A stretch of DNA of 64,000 nucleotides from the human T2T-CHM13v2.0 reference genome, Homo sapiens. Below, one piece after another: positions 41,258 through 53,900 of the stretch. Each line of letters begins with the position of its first letter. Within the stretch, counting starts at the first letter, position 1. The DNA lies in the NCBI RefSeq assembly GCF_009914755.1, contig NC_060927.1. One strand, given 5' to 3'. The notes beneath the pieces were generated by a model. That model did no database searches, had not been told where the DNA came from, and worked only from the letters and a program-made list of their open reading frames with translations. The position numbers and the translations under genes were made by a program.

Positions 41258-41577
41258 TTTTCCTTTTTTTTTTTTTAACTTTTATGTTAAGTTGAGGGGT
41301 ACAAGTGCAGGTTTGTTACACAGGTAAACTCTTGTCGGGGGGATTTGTTGTATAGATTATTTCAGCACCCAGGTATTAAGCCTAGTTCTCATTAGTTATT
41401 TTTCCTAATCCTCTCCCTCCTCCCACTCTCCACCCTCCAAAAAGCCCCAGTGTCTGTTGTTCCCCACTATATGTCTATGTGCTTTCATCATCCAGCTCCC
41501 ACTTATAAGTGAGAACATGCGGTATTTGGTTTTCTGTTCCTGTGTTAGTTTGCTAAGGATAATGGCCTCCAGCTCAA
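41258..41577 (-). mobile_element. L1PA (about PA11-13) 3' end
   Basis: ORF2 terminus (..LSKLTQEQKTKYRMFSLISGS) plus 3'UTR and poly-T. Confidence 0.9.
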
Positions 41578-41874
41578 TGGGCCATGAAACTAGGCCGGTG
41601 TTATAAACCATACTTTCCCAGGAGTTCTTATTGAGGAGAAAGAGACATGACTTACTGCGTGCACAGTGACACAGGGGAGTCTGTGCTGAGTGCTCTCATT
41701 GAGGTACAACAGGCAACACAGTGTCTGAAGTTATAGGAGAAACATCTCAATCCACCAGCCTCCATGCATTTTCCTCAATTTTTATTTATATTAATAACTG
41801 CAACTTACTCCTTGCTGGGAAAGTGACAGTAGTCTTGCATCTTCTCTCATCAAGCCTACCCCAATCACCTTAAT

Positions 41875-42038
41875 CCTTGCTATTCAATATGTAGTCTGAG
41901 GATCTGCAAAAACATTATCACTTGATAACCTGTTAGAAATGCAGAATCTCAGGCCTCGTTCCAGAGCTATTAATGCGGAACCTGACTTTAATAATCACCA
42001 GGTGACCCATAATCCTGTTAAATTTTGAGAAGTGCTCC
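41875..42038. mobile_element. MER5A
   Basis: CTGTTAGAAATGCAGAATCTCAGGCC..CCAGGTGA..TTTGAGAAG. Confidence 0.8.
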
Positions 42039-42949
42039 TCTGGAGAACTTGCATCGATGGCAGAAGGTTGCAATTAACTGAAGAGCAAAAATTCACACTT
42101 ACCTATGTCCTGAGACTATTCCATGAGTTTATTAAATGAGTGGACTAGACAGTGTTACCCTAGGAGGTCACTACTAATTCCTCACTAGCTGAGTGACATA
42201 GTATTCATGGGAGCCAGGTGAGTAACAGTGCAGTTGGTATGAGGTGGAAGGGTCCATTCGATTACTTCTTAGAATGAAAATAGAGGCCAATCCTCCTCTG
42301 TGGACGTAGAGAAAAAGGGCTAGCTGATCCAGAGGCGGATAGTAGATGTGCCTAATACTGCTATTTCTTGGACATAGCAGAAAACACATAGTTTTGCTAC
42401 TGTTGACTAAGAGTGTCCTACCTTAATCATTGGTTATATAGGCAAGCAGTTAATCTGGGTATGGTTTTCTTTCTTAAATAAGATATCTTTCTCCTCTCCA
42501 CTCTTACTCCTTGAAACTCACATACACTTTTTGACCACTACCACGTGCTATGTGCTGGTGACATAAATGCAAAAGATGTGGCCCAGCCCTATAGCACTTC
42601 TACCAATGCAGTAAATATTTCAGTTTACAACTTTATCAAGTACAATATGAAAATGAAGGCTGCTGTGGGCTTATGTCTCCGTCTTTGCAGCATTCCTTCC
42701 TTTTCCTGTTTCTCCCTCATTCTATATGATGCTGATGGGACCACCATTATGTGGTCTCACTCACTCCATGGCAGAAGGAGGCACAGGACCCAGGCTGGTA
42801 GGTTTGAACCCAATCCTCTTGGACAGAGTGATTGATCTAGGGATGGACATGATACCTAAGCAGAGACAATCCACATCTTTATCAAAGAGTGATATGGACT
42901 CTGAGGGAGTGTGTGTATTAGTCCATTCTCACACTGCTAAAAAGAAATA

Positions 42950-43835
42950 CCTAGGCAATACCATTCAGGCCATAGGCATGGGCAAGGACTTCATGACTAA
43001 AACACCAAAAGTAATGGCAACAAAAGCCAAAATTGACAAATCGGATCTAATTAAACTAAAGAGCTTCTGCACAGCAAAAGAAACTACCATCAGAGTGAAC
43101 AGGCAACCTACAGAATGGGAGAAAATTTTTACAATCTACCCATCTGACAAAGGGCTAATATCCAGAATCTACAAATAACTCAAACAAATTTACAAGAAAA
43201 AAATCAACCCCATCAAAAAGTGGGCGAAGGATATGAACAGACACTTCTCAAAAGAAGACATCTATGCAGCCAACAGACACATGAAAAAACGATCATCATC
43301 ACTGGCCATCAGAGAAATGCAAATCAAAACCGCAATGAGATACCATCTCACACCAGTTAGAATGGCGATCATTAAAAAGTCAGGAAACAACAGGTGCTGG
43401 AGAGGATGTAGAGAAATAGGAACGCTTTTACACTGTTGGTGGGACTGTAAACTAGTTCAACCATTGTGGAAGACAGTGTGGCAACTCCTCAAGGATCTAG
43501 AATTAGAAATACCATTTGACCCAGCCATCCCATTACTGGGTATATACCCAAAGGATTATAAATCATGCTGCTATAAAGACACATGCACATGTTTGTTTAT
43601 TGTAGCACTATTCACAATAGCAAAGACTTGGAACCAAGCCAAATGTCCAACAATGATAGACTGGATTAAGAGAATGTGGCACATATACACCATGGAATAC
43701 TATGCAGCCATAAAAAAGGATGAGTTCATGTCCTTTGTAGGGACATGGATGAAGCTGGAAACCATCATTCTCAGCAAACTATTGCAAGGACAGAAAACCA
43801 AACACTGCATGTTCTCACTCATAGGTGGGAATTGA
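42950..43835 (+). pseudogene. L1 ORF2p C-terminal fragment (CCHC region) with one in-frame stop at 43176-43178
   Basis: ORFs 42726-43178 and 43233-43835 share a frame: [20 protein letters not shown]...[18 protein letters not shown]...MFSLIGGN; lacks the EN and RT domains. Confidence 0.92.
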
Positions 43836-44042
43836 ACAATGAGAACACTTGGACACAGGGTGGGGAGCATGACACACTGGGGCCTGTCATGGGGTGGGGG
43901 GAGTGGGGAGGGTTAGCATAATGAGATATATCTAATGTAAATGACGAGTTAATGGGTACAGCACACCAACATGGCACATGTATACATAGGTAACAAACCT
44001 GCACATTGTGCACATGTACCATAGAACTTAAAGTATAATAAT
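42950..44042 (+). mobile_element. 5'-truncated L1PA (PA4/5-like)
   Basis: Close match to the primate L1 ORF2 3' end and 3'UTR ending GAACTTAAAGTATAATA. Confidence 0.95.
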
Positions 44043-45648
44043 AAAGAAGATCTGAGACTGGGTAACTTATAAAGAAAAGAGGTTTAATTAGCTCATGGTT
44101 CTGCAGGCTGTACAGGAAGCGTAGCAGCTTCTGCTTTTAGGGAGGCCTCAGAAAACTTACAATCATGACAGAAGGCAAAGGGGGGAAGCAAGCACATTTT
44201 CACATGGCCAGAGCAGGAGGAAGAATCAGTAGGGGAGGCATTACACACTTTTAAACAACTAGTTCTTGACTTAACTCGCTCTCAGCATGATAGCATAAGG
44301 TGGATGGTGTTAAACCATGAGAAATTGCCCCCATGATCCAATTGTCTCCCATCAGGCCCCACCTCCAACATTGGGGTTATAATTCAACATGAGATTTGGG
44401 TGGGGACACAGATCCAAACTGTATCAGTGAGCATCATGTTTTATCTCTTGGGATCAAAAGCCTAGAAGGCCATGCAAGTCTACAGCTGTTGTATCTGTGT
44501 TTCCTGCCATGTAAAGATAACCTTGCTGAATTTGAAGTCAAGTAGAAGGAAGCAGAACTAAGAGAGGGGATACAGAACTCTACACCTGAAGATCCCACCT
44601 CCCATTCCCACATCTGAGTCAATAGATTGCTATTTTTGCTTTGCTTTGTTTTTTGTTTATGTTTTGCTAAATTAGAGTTAGGTTTCTGTCACGGGCCACT
44701 GATGAATGGAGGCCCCACTGAAAATGTGGGAATCCATGAATCTGGAAGGACATGATGGTGCCCATCTAAACATGCCAGACAAGGAAGATGGGTGCTGGCA
44801 GGGGCAGGCATGGTGGGGCAATCTGTGTGCCTCTGACTGAACTCTGGGCATTTCTTCCTGGGAACCAACTGATGGAAAGACCATGGGGCATGGAGTGAGA
44901 GAAATAAAAGTTCATTCTCAACTCAGTCATTTTCTTGGTGTGTGGCCTTGAGTAGTTACTGCACATTTATGGAACACCTACCTCATGCATCATTGGGAGG
45001 ACTCAATTAAATCATGTAAGGCCCCATGCACTTCTAATATATACAGCATCTAAATGTTTACTTCCTAATTTATTCCATAAAGGATTGAAGCTTTTAATAT
45101 AAAAACATACTTTACAAAATGATTAAGAAATATAGACACTTAAAGATGATCATGGGCTGGAAATATATAAATTAGAGGAAAAGTTTATGGTGGGGGGAGG
45201 AATAACACTAACAAGGCAAGATCTCAGGATCTGTGATATTGTTAACTGTTTCAAGCTTGGTTTTGAGCCTCCCGGAAGCCAAAGGGAAAAGGGGGGAAAT
45301 ATTCATATACTTCTCAATGTCAAAATGAAATAAACATACTCTTTTTTTCCAAAGAAGTACAGAAATATATAATAAATTGCAAATGTAACCTTCAAACAGG
45401 AGAGTCACTGGTGGTATAATAGACAACATCTTTCTACAAATACAACAGTAACAATGGGTGTCTGATTTCTTTAATCATCCTTTGATGTAAACCAAATATG
45501 TAGTTTTAATGCCCATCTTAGAAAAGCAGAGTCTATGAACCCAAATAGATGGGTAGATGGAATTTGAAAGCTCTAGAATAGGCAGAGAAGCTTCTCAAAG
45601 GCTACCCCCGATTATCCGTAATAGCTGAAGAGAATGAAAGTATACTGC

Positions 45649-46286
45649 TGTTGGGGCTTAGCAAACGATATCCCCAAATGAAGGCTTCGGCAGAAGCCTC
45701 AGAGGCAAACGTTTTTCTCTGCCCTCCTGTCTCACAGACTTATTCTCCCCACAAGGCTAGCCATAGAAACTAGACTCTGTCCTCCCCATCATGAGCCACA
45801 GAAACCCAAGCCCCTTTTCACTAAAGCCAGCCATAAAAAACTAAAAATACTACTCTAATTTTCCCTCTAATTTTGTACAGCTTTTCTGTACAAAAGCTGG
45901 CCATAAATCATCTGCCCCACCTTGTTTGACTGTAGGTCACAAGGCCCCTATTCCAGAGAGGGTCCTGCCCCACACCCAGAAGGAAGGAATGCTGCTCAGA
46001 AAGACCAAGAAGAATCTAGACAGACAGCCTTGCTGGGTTTCCCCACTCAGCCTATTAGCATTAGATCATAGCCTTTTCCTCCAATCATATTTCCACACAT
46101 ACTGTCCATAATTTGTTGAACCTAAACATAAAATGGACAATTTTCTCTGTTTCTTTGGGTCTTTATTCTGAAGGACCCTGTGTATACACATTAAATAAAT
46201 GTGTATGCCTATTCTTGTATTAATCTGCCTTTTGAGTTGATTTTTCAGTGAACCTTCAGAGGGCCAAGTTTCCTTTGGCCCCTACA
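45649..46286 (+). mobile_element. MER39-like ERV1 solo LTR
   Basis: TGTTGGGGCT...GGCCCCTACA; perfect 4-bp TSD CTGC; TTAAATAAA near the 3' end. Confidence 0.85.
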
Positions 46287-47283
46287 CTGCTTAAACCTCA
46301 TTGAATCCTGTGTTGTAATTCAAAACAAATGGCAATTTTCCACTACTTTATCTACTGGGTCTTCCCCTAAATCTTCTGGTTAGACTGAGGTTTAAGAAGA
46401 TATTTCATGTTTGTCCTGAGGGTCTGCACACCGCTGGGATACTGTCACCTATCTCTAGGTGCTTCCCTAGTTGAAGATTCTCTCATATTCTACATATCAG
46501 ACTCCCCCCAGGTCCCTCCTTGCAGGCTACTTAAGGAAACCTCATATGATCATTAACGAAGACCCACGGGAATGTTAAAAAGTTTGGTGTAAATTCTTTG
46601 GGGTTTTAAAATGGCACCTTTATGTCTGTGCCTTTAAAGATCCTGGAGGATTTAATTCCTTGGGGAATTCCAGTGAATTGTTCTGACTTGTACCAACTGT
46701 CTCAGACGCAAAGATGTGCAGACTCCTGTGCGGAGGCTCAGCTCTGCCTGTAGACACCATTGTTACACACACAGAAAATCAGCTCCAGGGTTGTCTCTCG
46801 CTTCAGAAAAATGGCACACTCCATTTGTTATCAGATGCCTCTGACTTCAGTGATTTGAAAGGGAACTCTTGTGTTGTCCGGAAAATTAACTATCTCAGCT
46901 ACACTTTCTTCCTGCAGAAGAACACTTCTTATGGAATTACGTGATTATTTTGATACCGCTTGGCTTTGAAAGAAGAGTTAAAGTAGAAAGTCAGCATAAC
47001 CCATCTAGGCATGGAGAGAGGGGAAGTGGCATAGCTGAAGAACCTACAGAAAAATGAGAAAAAAAAGAGAAAAGATTAATAACTATGATCGGGGCAAAAC
47101 TATCAACACAGGAGTGGGTTTTGTTTGGTTTGTTGTTTTTTTGTTTTTGTTTTTTGTTTTTTTTTTTACCATTCCCCAGCCCTATTAAACAAACCCCAGA
47201 AACTTTTATTCTTGGTGGCCCAATTTTCCTTCTCTCAACTAAGTCCAGTTGTTATTTGTTTTTTGCTGATCCATTATGTAGGC

Positions 47284-48077
47284 CAAGCTTGTCCAACCCG
47301 CAGCCCACGTGCTCCAAGTGACCCAAGATGGCTTTGAAGGTGGCCCAACACAAATTCATAAATATTTTAAAAACATTATTGAGGCAGGAGAATAGGGTCT
47401 GGAGACAGAGAACTTAAGGCCAATTTGTGCTGACTTCCTAAAAGAGAAACATCAAGGTCTGGGGGCAGGAAACCTAAGGCCTATTAACACCAACTTCCTA
47501 AAGCTGAACCTAAAGGAAAAACTCCATCTCCCCGGCAGAATAGCAAAGGATCAAAGGCTACTTTCCTTACAGCCCTCTCACTCTACCATGTCTCAGATGG
47601 AAAGGGAGAGTGCCTTGGGTTCGCAGGGCCAAGCAGAGACCATCCCTTTATCTGCATAGGGCACCAATTCACCTCAGCCTTTAATTAGCCACATACCAAA
47701 TCCTTCATCGGGATAGCTGATAAGAACCTCAAATGGGATAAAGTCCAGAAAACTTTGTAACTGGGCCCTTAAGCCGCTTGCTGGGGCCCATTCCCACCCT
47801 GTGGAGTGCTTTCTCACTTTCATAAATTCCCGCTTTTGCTGCTTCGTTCCTGCATATCATTCCTCTCTACTTTGTTTGTGTGTGGTGTTCAATACTTTGT
47901 TCAAAATGCCAAGGACCTGGACAACTTGTAGTCAAGACCCTTCACCAGTAATATGAGATTTTGGGGGACTTTTTTATTTTAGCTCATCAGCTATCGTTAG
48001 TGTTAATGTATTTTATGTGTGGCCCAAGACAGTTCTTCCAATGTGGCCCAGGGAAGCCAAAAGATTGGACACCCTTG
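47284..48077. mobile_element. MER30 (hAT) split by an ERV1 LTR
   Basis: CAAGCTTGTCCAACC ... GATTGGACACCCTTG; 8-bp TSD ATGTAGGC/ATGTAGAC. Confidence 0.9.
47380..47952 (+). mobile_element. MER51/MER61-type ERV1 solo LTR
   Basis: TGAGGCAGGAGAATAGGGTCTGGAG ... TTTGTTCAAAATGCCAAGGACCTGGACAAC..CCAGTAA. Confidence 0.85.
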
Positions 48078-48562
48078 ATGTAGACTTTTGTGATGCAGAA
48101 GTTGGGAACTGAATGTGTGTGCAATACAGAAACACATGTGTATAGGTATATATCCACCTATATGTATACATGCCTGGTATATACAAGTGTGTCAGCACAT
48201 ATGTGTAATACATATGTGTGTTTCCATGTAGATCTTGGTGTGTCTGTTTCTCAGGATCATGTGGCCTAGAGATTGGAGAAAATTTCCATGGAAAGATAAG
48301 AAAGGGATTTGGGGAGGTTCTGGAGTAATTGTGGAGTTTATAAATTAGAGAGACTGAATCACATGTGGCCCTGCACTATATTCAGTTTACAAAAACATGA
48401 GTTAACCTTCCCTCGTCCTCCAACATCTATCCCCTTCCCAAGCATGCTGCCTTCGTTTTACTTCATTAGTTCATATGATTGGTGGGTGGGACATCAGGGA
48501 ATGGGAAAATTTCTTTTTAGAACCCAAACAAGTTGAAGTTGATTTCCTAAAAACAAATTTCT

Positions 48563-48850
<288 letters not shown>

Positions 48851-49976
48851 AAATCGAATTTCTTTATTGGCATTCCCAAAGATGCAACCAAGAAGAGACA
48901 CTATTAGACTATTGGAGAGAGACAGGAAAATGAAGCAGCTTATCCAATAGCTCCCTGCTTATGGGGATTCATGAGAATATTTTCCTTCCATTTCCTATCC
49001 CCATTTCAAAGGAAGGGGCCAAAGAGAATGGGCTTAGAGACTAAACATTTGTGTTGGAAGTAAGCATGAAGATTCTAGATTAGGAAATCATTTTGCATGT
49101 GTCGTCATTTGCATGGGTTTTCCTTTTGGCTTTGTTCCTTATTTGAATGTAGTCTGTAAAAGGAGCGATATGCCTTTTTTCGTATGTGTGTACATGCATC
49201 ATTTACTCAGTATCTCAATCCTGGTATTTCATCAGGAGTGGGATGTCAAGTAAATTATATTTTATCCCTAGGATGACAATGACTGCTTTCTAATAGCAGG
49301 TCTGTGACCTGGTCCTAGACCTGAACACTGAGAATTTTGTTGAGTCATTAAAACTAGATTTTATAGATCTTCAAGAATTATTTATGAAAGAACTTGATAG
49401 ATTAGAAATTGTGGTGCCTTTTTGTTTATGTAGACAGTTTGAAATCTGTAGAAAATTGCAATGGATTGATTCTATCTTTAGCCTTTCCTTAAAAAGAATC
49501 TATACATTATAAGTTTTGTATTTCCTTAAGTGGAAGTTTGCTTTGAAGGGACACAATATAAATATTTAACAAAATGGAAAATAAAAATATTGAAGGAGTT
49601 TTTTCTTTATGTCAGAGAAAGAAAAAAGACTATGTGTGCCTATATGCAATCCCAATTAACTGCCTTTGGAGAACTGTTTCTCTAAATATTTCAGGCAGGA
49701 ACAGTCTATAACAGCAGGAAGAAGAAACTCAATTGAGGGGTTCATGGCACTATCTAAAATGGGTGAGAAATCATTCTGTCAAACGAGAGAGGTTTGAAAT
49801 TAAACAAGTATCAAAATTACATACTCCCTGGGAGAGTGGTTTACTCTGGCAAGTTGACTACCATGCAGGGTATATGAGAGTAAACTGACTATAATTTTAT
49901 CCTGTCACCAGGTAACTACAGTTGTAGTCAACACGCTAATAGCAACAAAGGGCTCTGTCTGCTGCATACCCCGAAG

Positions 49977-50009
49977 CAGCCAGCTGCCAGCCAGCTGCCA
50001 GCCAGCTGG
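49977..50009 (+). repeat. 11-bp unit x3 containing three CAGCTG E-boxes
   Basis: CAGCCAGCTGC CAGCCAGCTGC CAGCCAGCTGG. Confidence 0.9.
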
Positions 50010-50157
50010 GTTCTTCAAGTAAAGAATCAAGTTCCCCTCCCAGCTCTTTAGAACACCAATAAAATCTGATGGACAGCGATTTAAAATCTGTGAAGTTCTT
50101 ATATCCACTAGTGCCAATTACCAAAAAAAAAAAAAAAAAAAAAAAAGTGTGAAACAT

Positions 50158-50420
50158 TGTAGGATATACAAAAATTATATTTGGTCTTTGTATCTGGTTC
50201 CTAGCATAGAGCTCCCAAAACGCTTGGGATTTCCAGAGTGATAGGAGTGTATTTTGTTATTCATAGTGAATTCCTTTCAATTACACCTGAGTTTGTGCTG
50301 ATGAGATGACTCTTAATGGGCCTCCAGATAACTCAGGTTGGGGGCTGATGACCAGAGGGGCCCACCATGTGATTAGAGGTTTGGAACTTTCAGTCCCCCT
50401 TTCCTTCACCTCCAGAGACC
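50158..50420 (+). mobile_element. MER21-type LTR, 5' portion
   Basis: TATTTGGTCTTTG..GGTTCCT..AGAGCTCC..ACACCTGAGTTT..GTGATTAGAGG.TTGGAACTTTCAG. Confidence 0.8.
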
Positions 50421-51110
50421 CTGTAACCACCCAACAGGATCACCTTGCTTGCTGCCTAGACAGAGCCAATTTATCAAGTAGAGAATTCCAATAGAGAAAG
50501 AGTAATTCACTCAGAGCCAGCTTTGTGGGAGTCTAGAGTTTTATTATTACTCAAATCAGTTTTCTAGAGCATTCGGGAATCAGAGTTTTTAAGGATGATT
50601 TGGTGGATGAGGGATCAGTGAGATGGGAGTGCTGATTGGTTGGATCAGAGATGAAATCATAGGGAGCCGAAGCTATCTTCTTGTGCTGAGTCAGTTCCTG
50701 AGTAGGGGCCACAAGGTCAGATGAGCTAGTTTATCGATCTAGGTGGTTCCAGCTGATTCATTAAGTGCAGGGTCCGCAAAATATCGCAACCACTGATCTT
50801 AGGTTTTACCATCCTGATGTTATCCCTAGGAACAATTTGGGGAGGGATAGAACTTATAGCCTCCAGCTGCATGACTCCTAAACCGTAATTTCTAATCTTT
50901 TGGCTAATTTGTTAGTGAAAGGCAGTCTAGTCCCCAGGCAAGAAGGGTATTTCTTTTGGAAAAGAGCTGTTACCATCTTTGTTTTAAACTGTAAAGGAAG
51001 TTCTTCCAAAAGTTAGGTGGCCTAGGCCCAGGACTTAACAAAGACAGGTTAGAGGTGAGAAGCAAGATGGAGTTGATTAGGTCAGATCTTTTTCACTGTT
51101 GGTTATAATT
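50421..51110 (-). mobile_element. LTR8A-like ERV1 solo LTR
   Basis: TGTAACCACCCAA..GCTGCCTAGACAGAGCC..GAGTTTTATTATTACTCAAATCAG..AGCAAGATGGAGT. Confidence 0.85.
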
Positions 51111-51795
51111 TCTTTCTGAAGTGAGAATGGTTTCTTTTTATTGGAGTTCCTAAAAATCGAGATTGGAATGAGATAATGTAATACATATATAAATAAGGAA
51201 AAATAATTTTCTTAGACTTCTAATCATTAGATGATATATACAAAGCCCTTTGAACAATACCTGGCCCATTAGTGCTCAATAAATTAGCTTTCCCAGAAAC
51301 ATCCTCCATGTCTTACCCCACTAACACTCCCTGCCATCAGGTTCCTTTGCCAAGGTGACGTAGCCCCGCCAAGGTCAGTGACAAGGATGTGATATTAAGG
51401 AGACTATTCAGTCCTGACCCTGTAACTGCCCAACAGATTTCAAGTGGTTTCAGTCCCACAGAATTTTTTTTCCCTTCCACACCTCCCAGTTCTGTGCTTG
51501 AATGTATCAGAGAGCATTGAATACTTTCTGACAACCAACAAGTCCATCACTTTTAATATAACAGCTTTTTGGTCTGAGCACACTATGACCAAAGATATTT
51601 AAAATGATATTCCTCAGGACCATTATTCATGGGCCTTGCACTCATGCCTTCAAGAGCTGTATCACTTTGTTCCAGAATCCAGAACGGCCAGGCCTCTGGC
51701 TTTGTGGCTCTTGTTTATGGTAAAGTAGAAAATATCAATATCAATCACACAGGAAGGATGAATTGGGGTAGGCCTAGAACATATTGCATGGAGGA

Positions 51796-52345
51796 TGTTG
51801 GGGAAACCAGCCCCACACCACGTGGTGGGTACCCTGAGTCCAGCGGAGACAAAGGAGTTAGTGTTTAAAAGGCGGGTCCAGGGGACCTCCGTGTCAGAGG
51901 CTTGCTCATGGCCCAGAGCTCTTCAGCTCTGCCTAATTTATTGGTTTACAAGCTCTTTGTTCTTAGGGCAAATGTAAGGCGTAGGAAGGGATGAGGAAAA
52001 TGATTAATCAGTGAAGGAGAACTTGTGAGTTATTCAATAAGATGTATAGCAGTGGCAGGTTTTGTGAATTTCCTTGAGCAGCGGTGTGTGTCTAAACTAC
52101 TTAAGATCTTTAACTTATCGGGACTGAAATGGTTGGGAGTGAGTTTCAGGAGGAGCCAAGATGTTTGATTATACTCCACTGCTTCAGGGGAGTGTTACCT
52201 CCCTGAGCAACCTGTAGAATGCCACTGAGTGTTTATGCTCTTGGGGCATAAAGACATGAAGGCAATAAGGAGACTTTTCTCCTCAGAGGCTGCCCATGGC
52301 TCCCCATGGGTGTCTCACACAGGGAAGACCAACTTATCTGGTGCC
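51796..52345 (-). mobile_element. LTR14B-like (HERV-K14/HML-1) solo LTR
   Basis: TGTTGGGGAAACCAGCCCCACACC..GGAGACAAAGGAGTTAG..AATTTATTGG (antisense AATAAA)..CCCCATGGGTGTCTCACACAGGG. Confidence 0.8.
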
Positions 52346-52360
52346 TTTACCTTTTGATTA

Positions 52361-53851
52361 TGTTATTAAACTGAACTGGGGCCCACTCACCTGGTGCAAC
52401 AAAGCCAAATACTGACATCAAGATTGCAGTGAAAGTGAAACCACCTTTGTAGAAATTATAACAGTGAGAGAAATCTCACCTAACTGACTCCATACTGCTT
52501 CTAACCTCACAAGCTAACTGCCTTTGTTAATTTTAAAACAAAGGTAATAATAGTCCTTTCCCACAACTAACCCCTCTTTGCTTGAGGACTGAAACCACCT
52601 TTGTAAGACTAACAAAAGGCCACAAGTTTGGGATTATGGGAAGGGCCTGAATTCTGCTAAGATGTCAGCATAGTTAAGCAATAACCAGCCATTGTTCCCC
52701 AGCTTGCCTTTCTGTAAACATTTACTGCTCAAGAGTCATGTAGCTGGAGGTCACAAGATTTGTAACCTCCCCAATTGCTCCTTCAGATAACATCACTATT
52801 GTCAAAACCTAAGATTTATCTTTGAGATATTTTTCAGACTTTTGCATTCTGACAACCTGCTGACTCAACCCAGACCCATGACTCAATTGGATCTTTGACA
52901 CCTATCCAGAAACCGACTCAGCGTGCAAAGACAGTTTGGATGCTCCTATGAGTTCATCCCCAGCCAATCAGTAGAACCCATTCCCTATCCCCCTTCCCAC
53001 CAAATTATTCTTAAAAACCCTAGCCTTCGAGCTCTTGGGGAGGCAGATTTGAGAATTATCTTCCATCTTTCTGCTTGGCTGAACTCTCTTTGCCACAAAG
53101 TCAAACTCTCTTTGCCACAAAACCTGCTGTTCTCAGTGCATTGACTTCTCTGGGCAGTGGCCAAGAAGAACCCATTAGGCTGTTACAAGAGAAAGTAAGG
53201 GACTTATTGTAGGGTGCCAAGCAAGGAGAAATGGGCAGCTCATTCTTAAGACTTTAATTCCCCAATGGCTCACGGTAAGGTTTTGTATAGGTGGGGAGGC
53301 AGCGATTACAGGCAAAGTCATAAATCAATACATAGAGGCTATACATTGGTTTGACTAAAAAGGTGAGACATTTTGAAGTAGGGGGCAGGCAGAGGTGGAT
53401 TCAAGGCTTTTCTGATCTGCGAATGGTTAAGGAGGCAAAGCTTTGTCTAAAACTTTGAATCAGAAGAAAATAATTCTGATTTGTGGGTGTGACTCCTCCA
53501 GGCCCCAAGCCCCTCGGGAGGAAATTTAGAACAAAGAGTAGAGGTCAGAGTTTAGTCCCCATTTCCCCCTTATCTGAGGTTTACATGCTGTGCTGGCAGA
53601 TCCACTTGGTGGGGGTCCAGGCTTCTGAAAATCAACTTGGGGATGTACGTTAAGATGTTGTCTTTAGCATCCACAGGGAGCAAAACATCTGACTCCAACT
53701 CCCCTGTCTATTGTTTTAAGCTACTGTGACCTTGCTTATCAAATTGCTCATTTACTTCTCAGGGCTAGCTAGGTACCTGGAATTTTCCTTGAAGGAACTC
53801 AAATTTTTCCTTTCTTTTCATTCCTGGGTTGGGGGGACAGTCCCCTAAGAG
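52361..53851 (-). mobile_element. ERV1 (LTR48/MER4-group-like) LTR split by an LTR8-family LTR
   Basis: TGTTATTAAACTGAACTGGGG..AAAGCCAAA..GATTGCAG resumes TTATTGTAGGGTGCCAAGCAAGGAGAA..GCTAGCTAGGTACCTGGAATTT. Confidence 0.7.
52436..53187 (+). mobile_element. LTR8-family (LTR8B-like) solo LTR
   Basis: TGAAACCACCTTTG...AAGAAGAACCCATTAGGCTGTTACA; TSD AAAG/AGAG. Confidence 0.8.
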
Positions 53852-53900
53852 AAAAATAAAGAATAAGGAGACACAGGAACCACTTCCCCTGCAGAGCACC

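Larger units (their letters stand above)
42914..44426 (-). mobile_element. MSTA solo LTR split by L1PA
   Basis: TGTATTAGTCCATTCTCACACTGCTA ... GGGGACACAGATCCAAACTGTATCA; TSD GTGTG/GTGAG. Confidence 0.9.
42664..44700 (+). mobile_element. Old MLT1 LTR split by MSTA
   Basis: MLT1-like sequence at 42664-42913 resumes at 44432-44700 (..TTAGAGTTAGGTTTCTGTCAC). Confidence 0.55.

Noticed and set aside
43233-43835. Longest ORF (200 aa) as a novel gene
   Set aside because: It is the C-terminus of L1 ORF2p in a 5'-truncated L1PA, with no promoter, EN or RT domain
50123-50146. A24 tract as the tail of a processed pseudogene
   Set aside because: No TSD and no recognisable mRNA-derived sequence upstream; the AATAAA at about 50058 is rather distant
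50421-53187. Two LTR8-family LTRs as the ends of one provirus
   Set aside because: Opposite orientation, different subtypes, the second has its own TSD, and there is no gag/pol sequence between them
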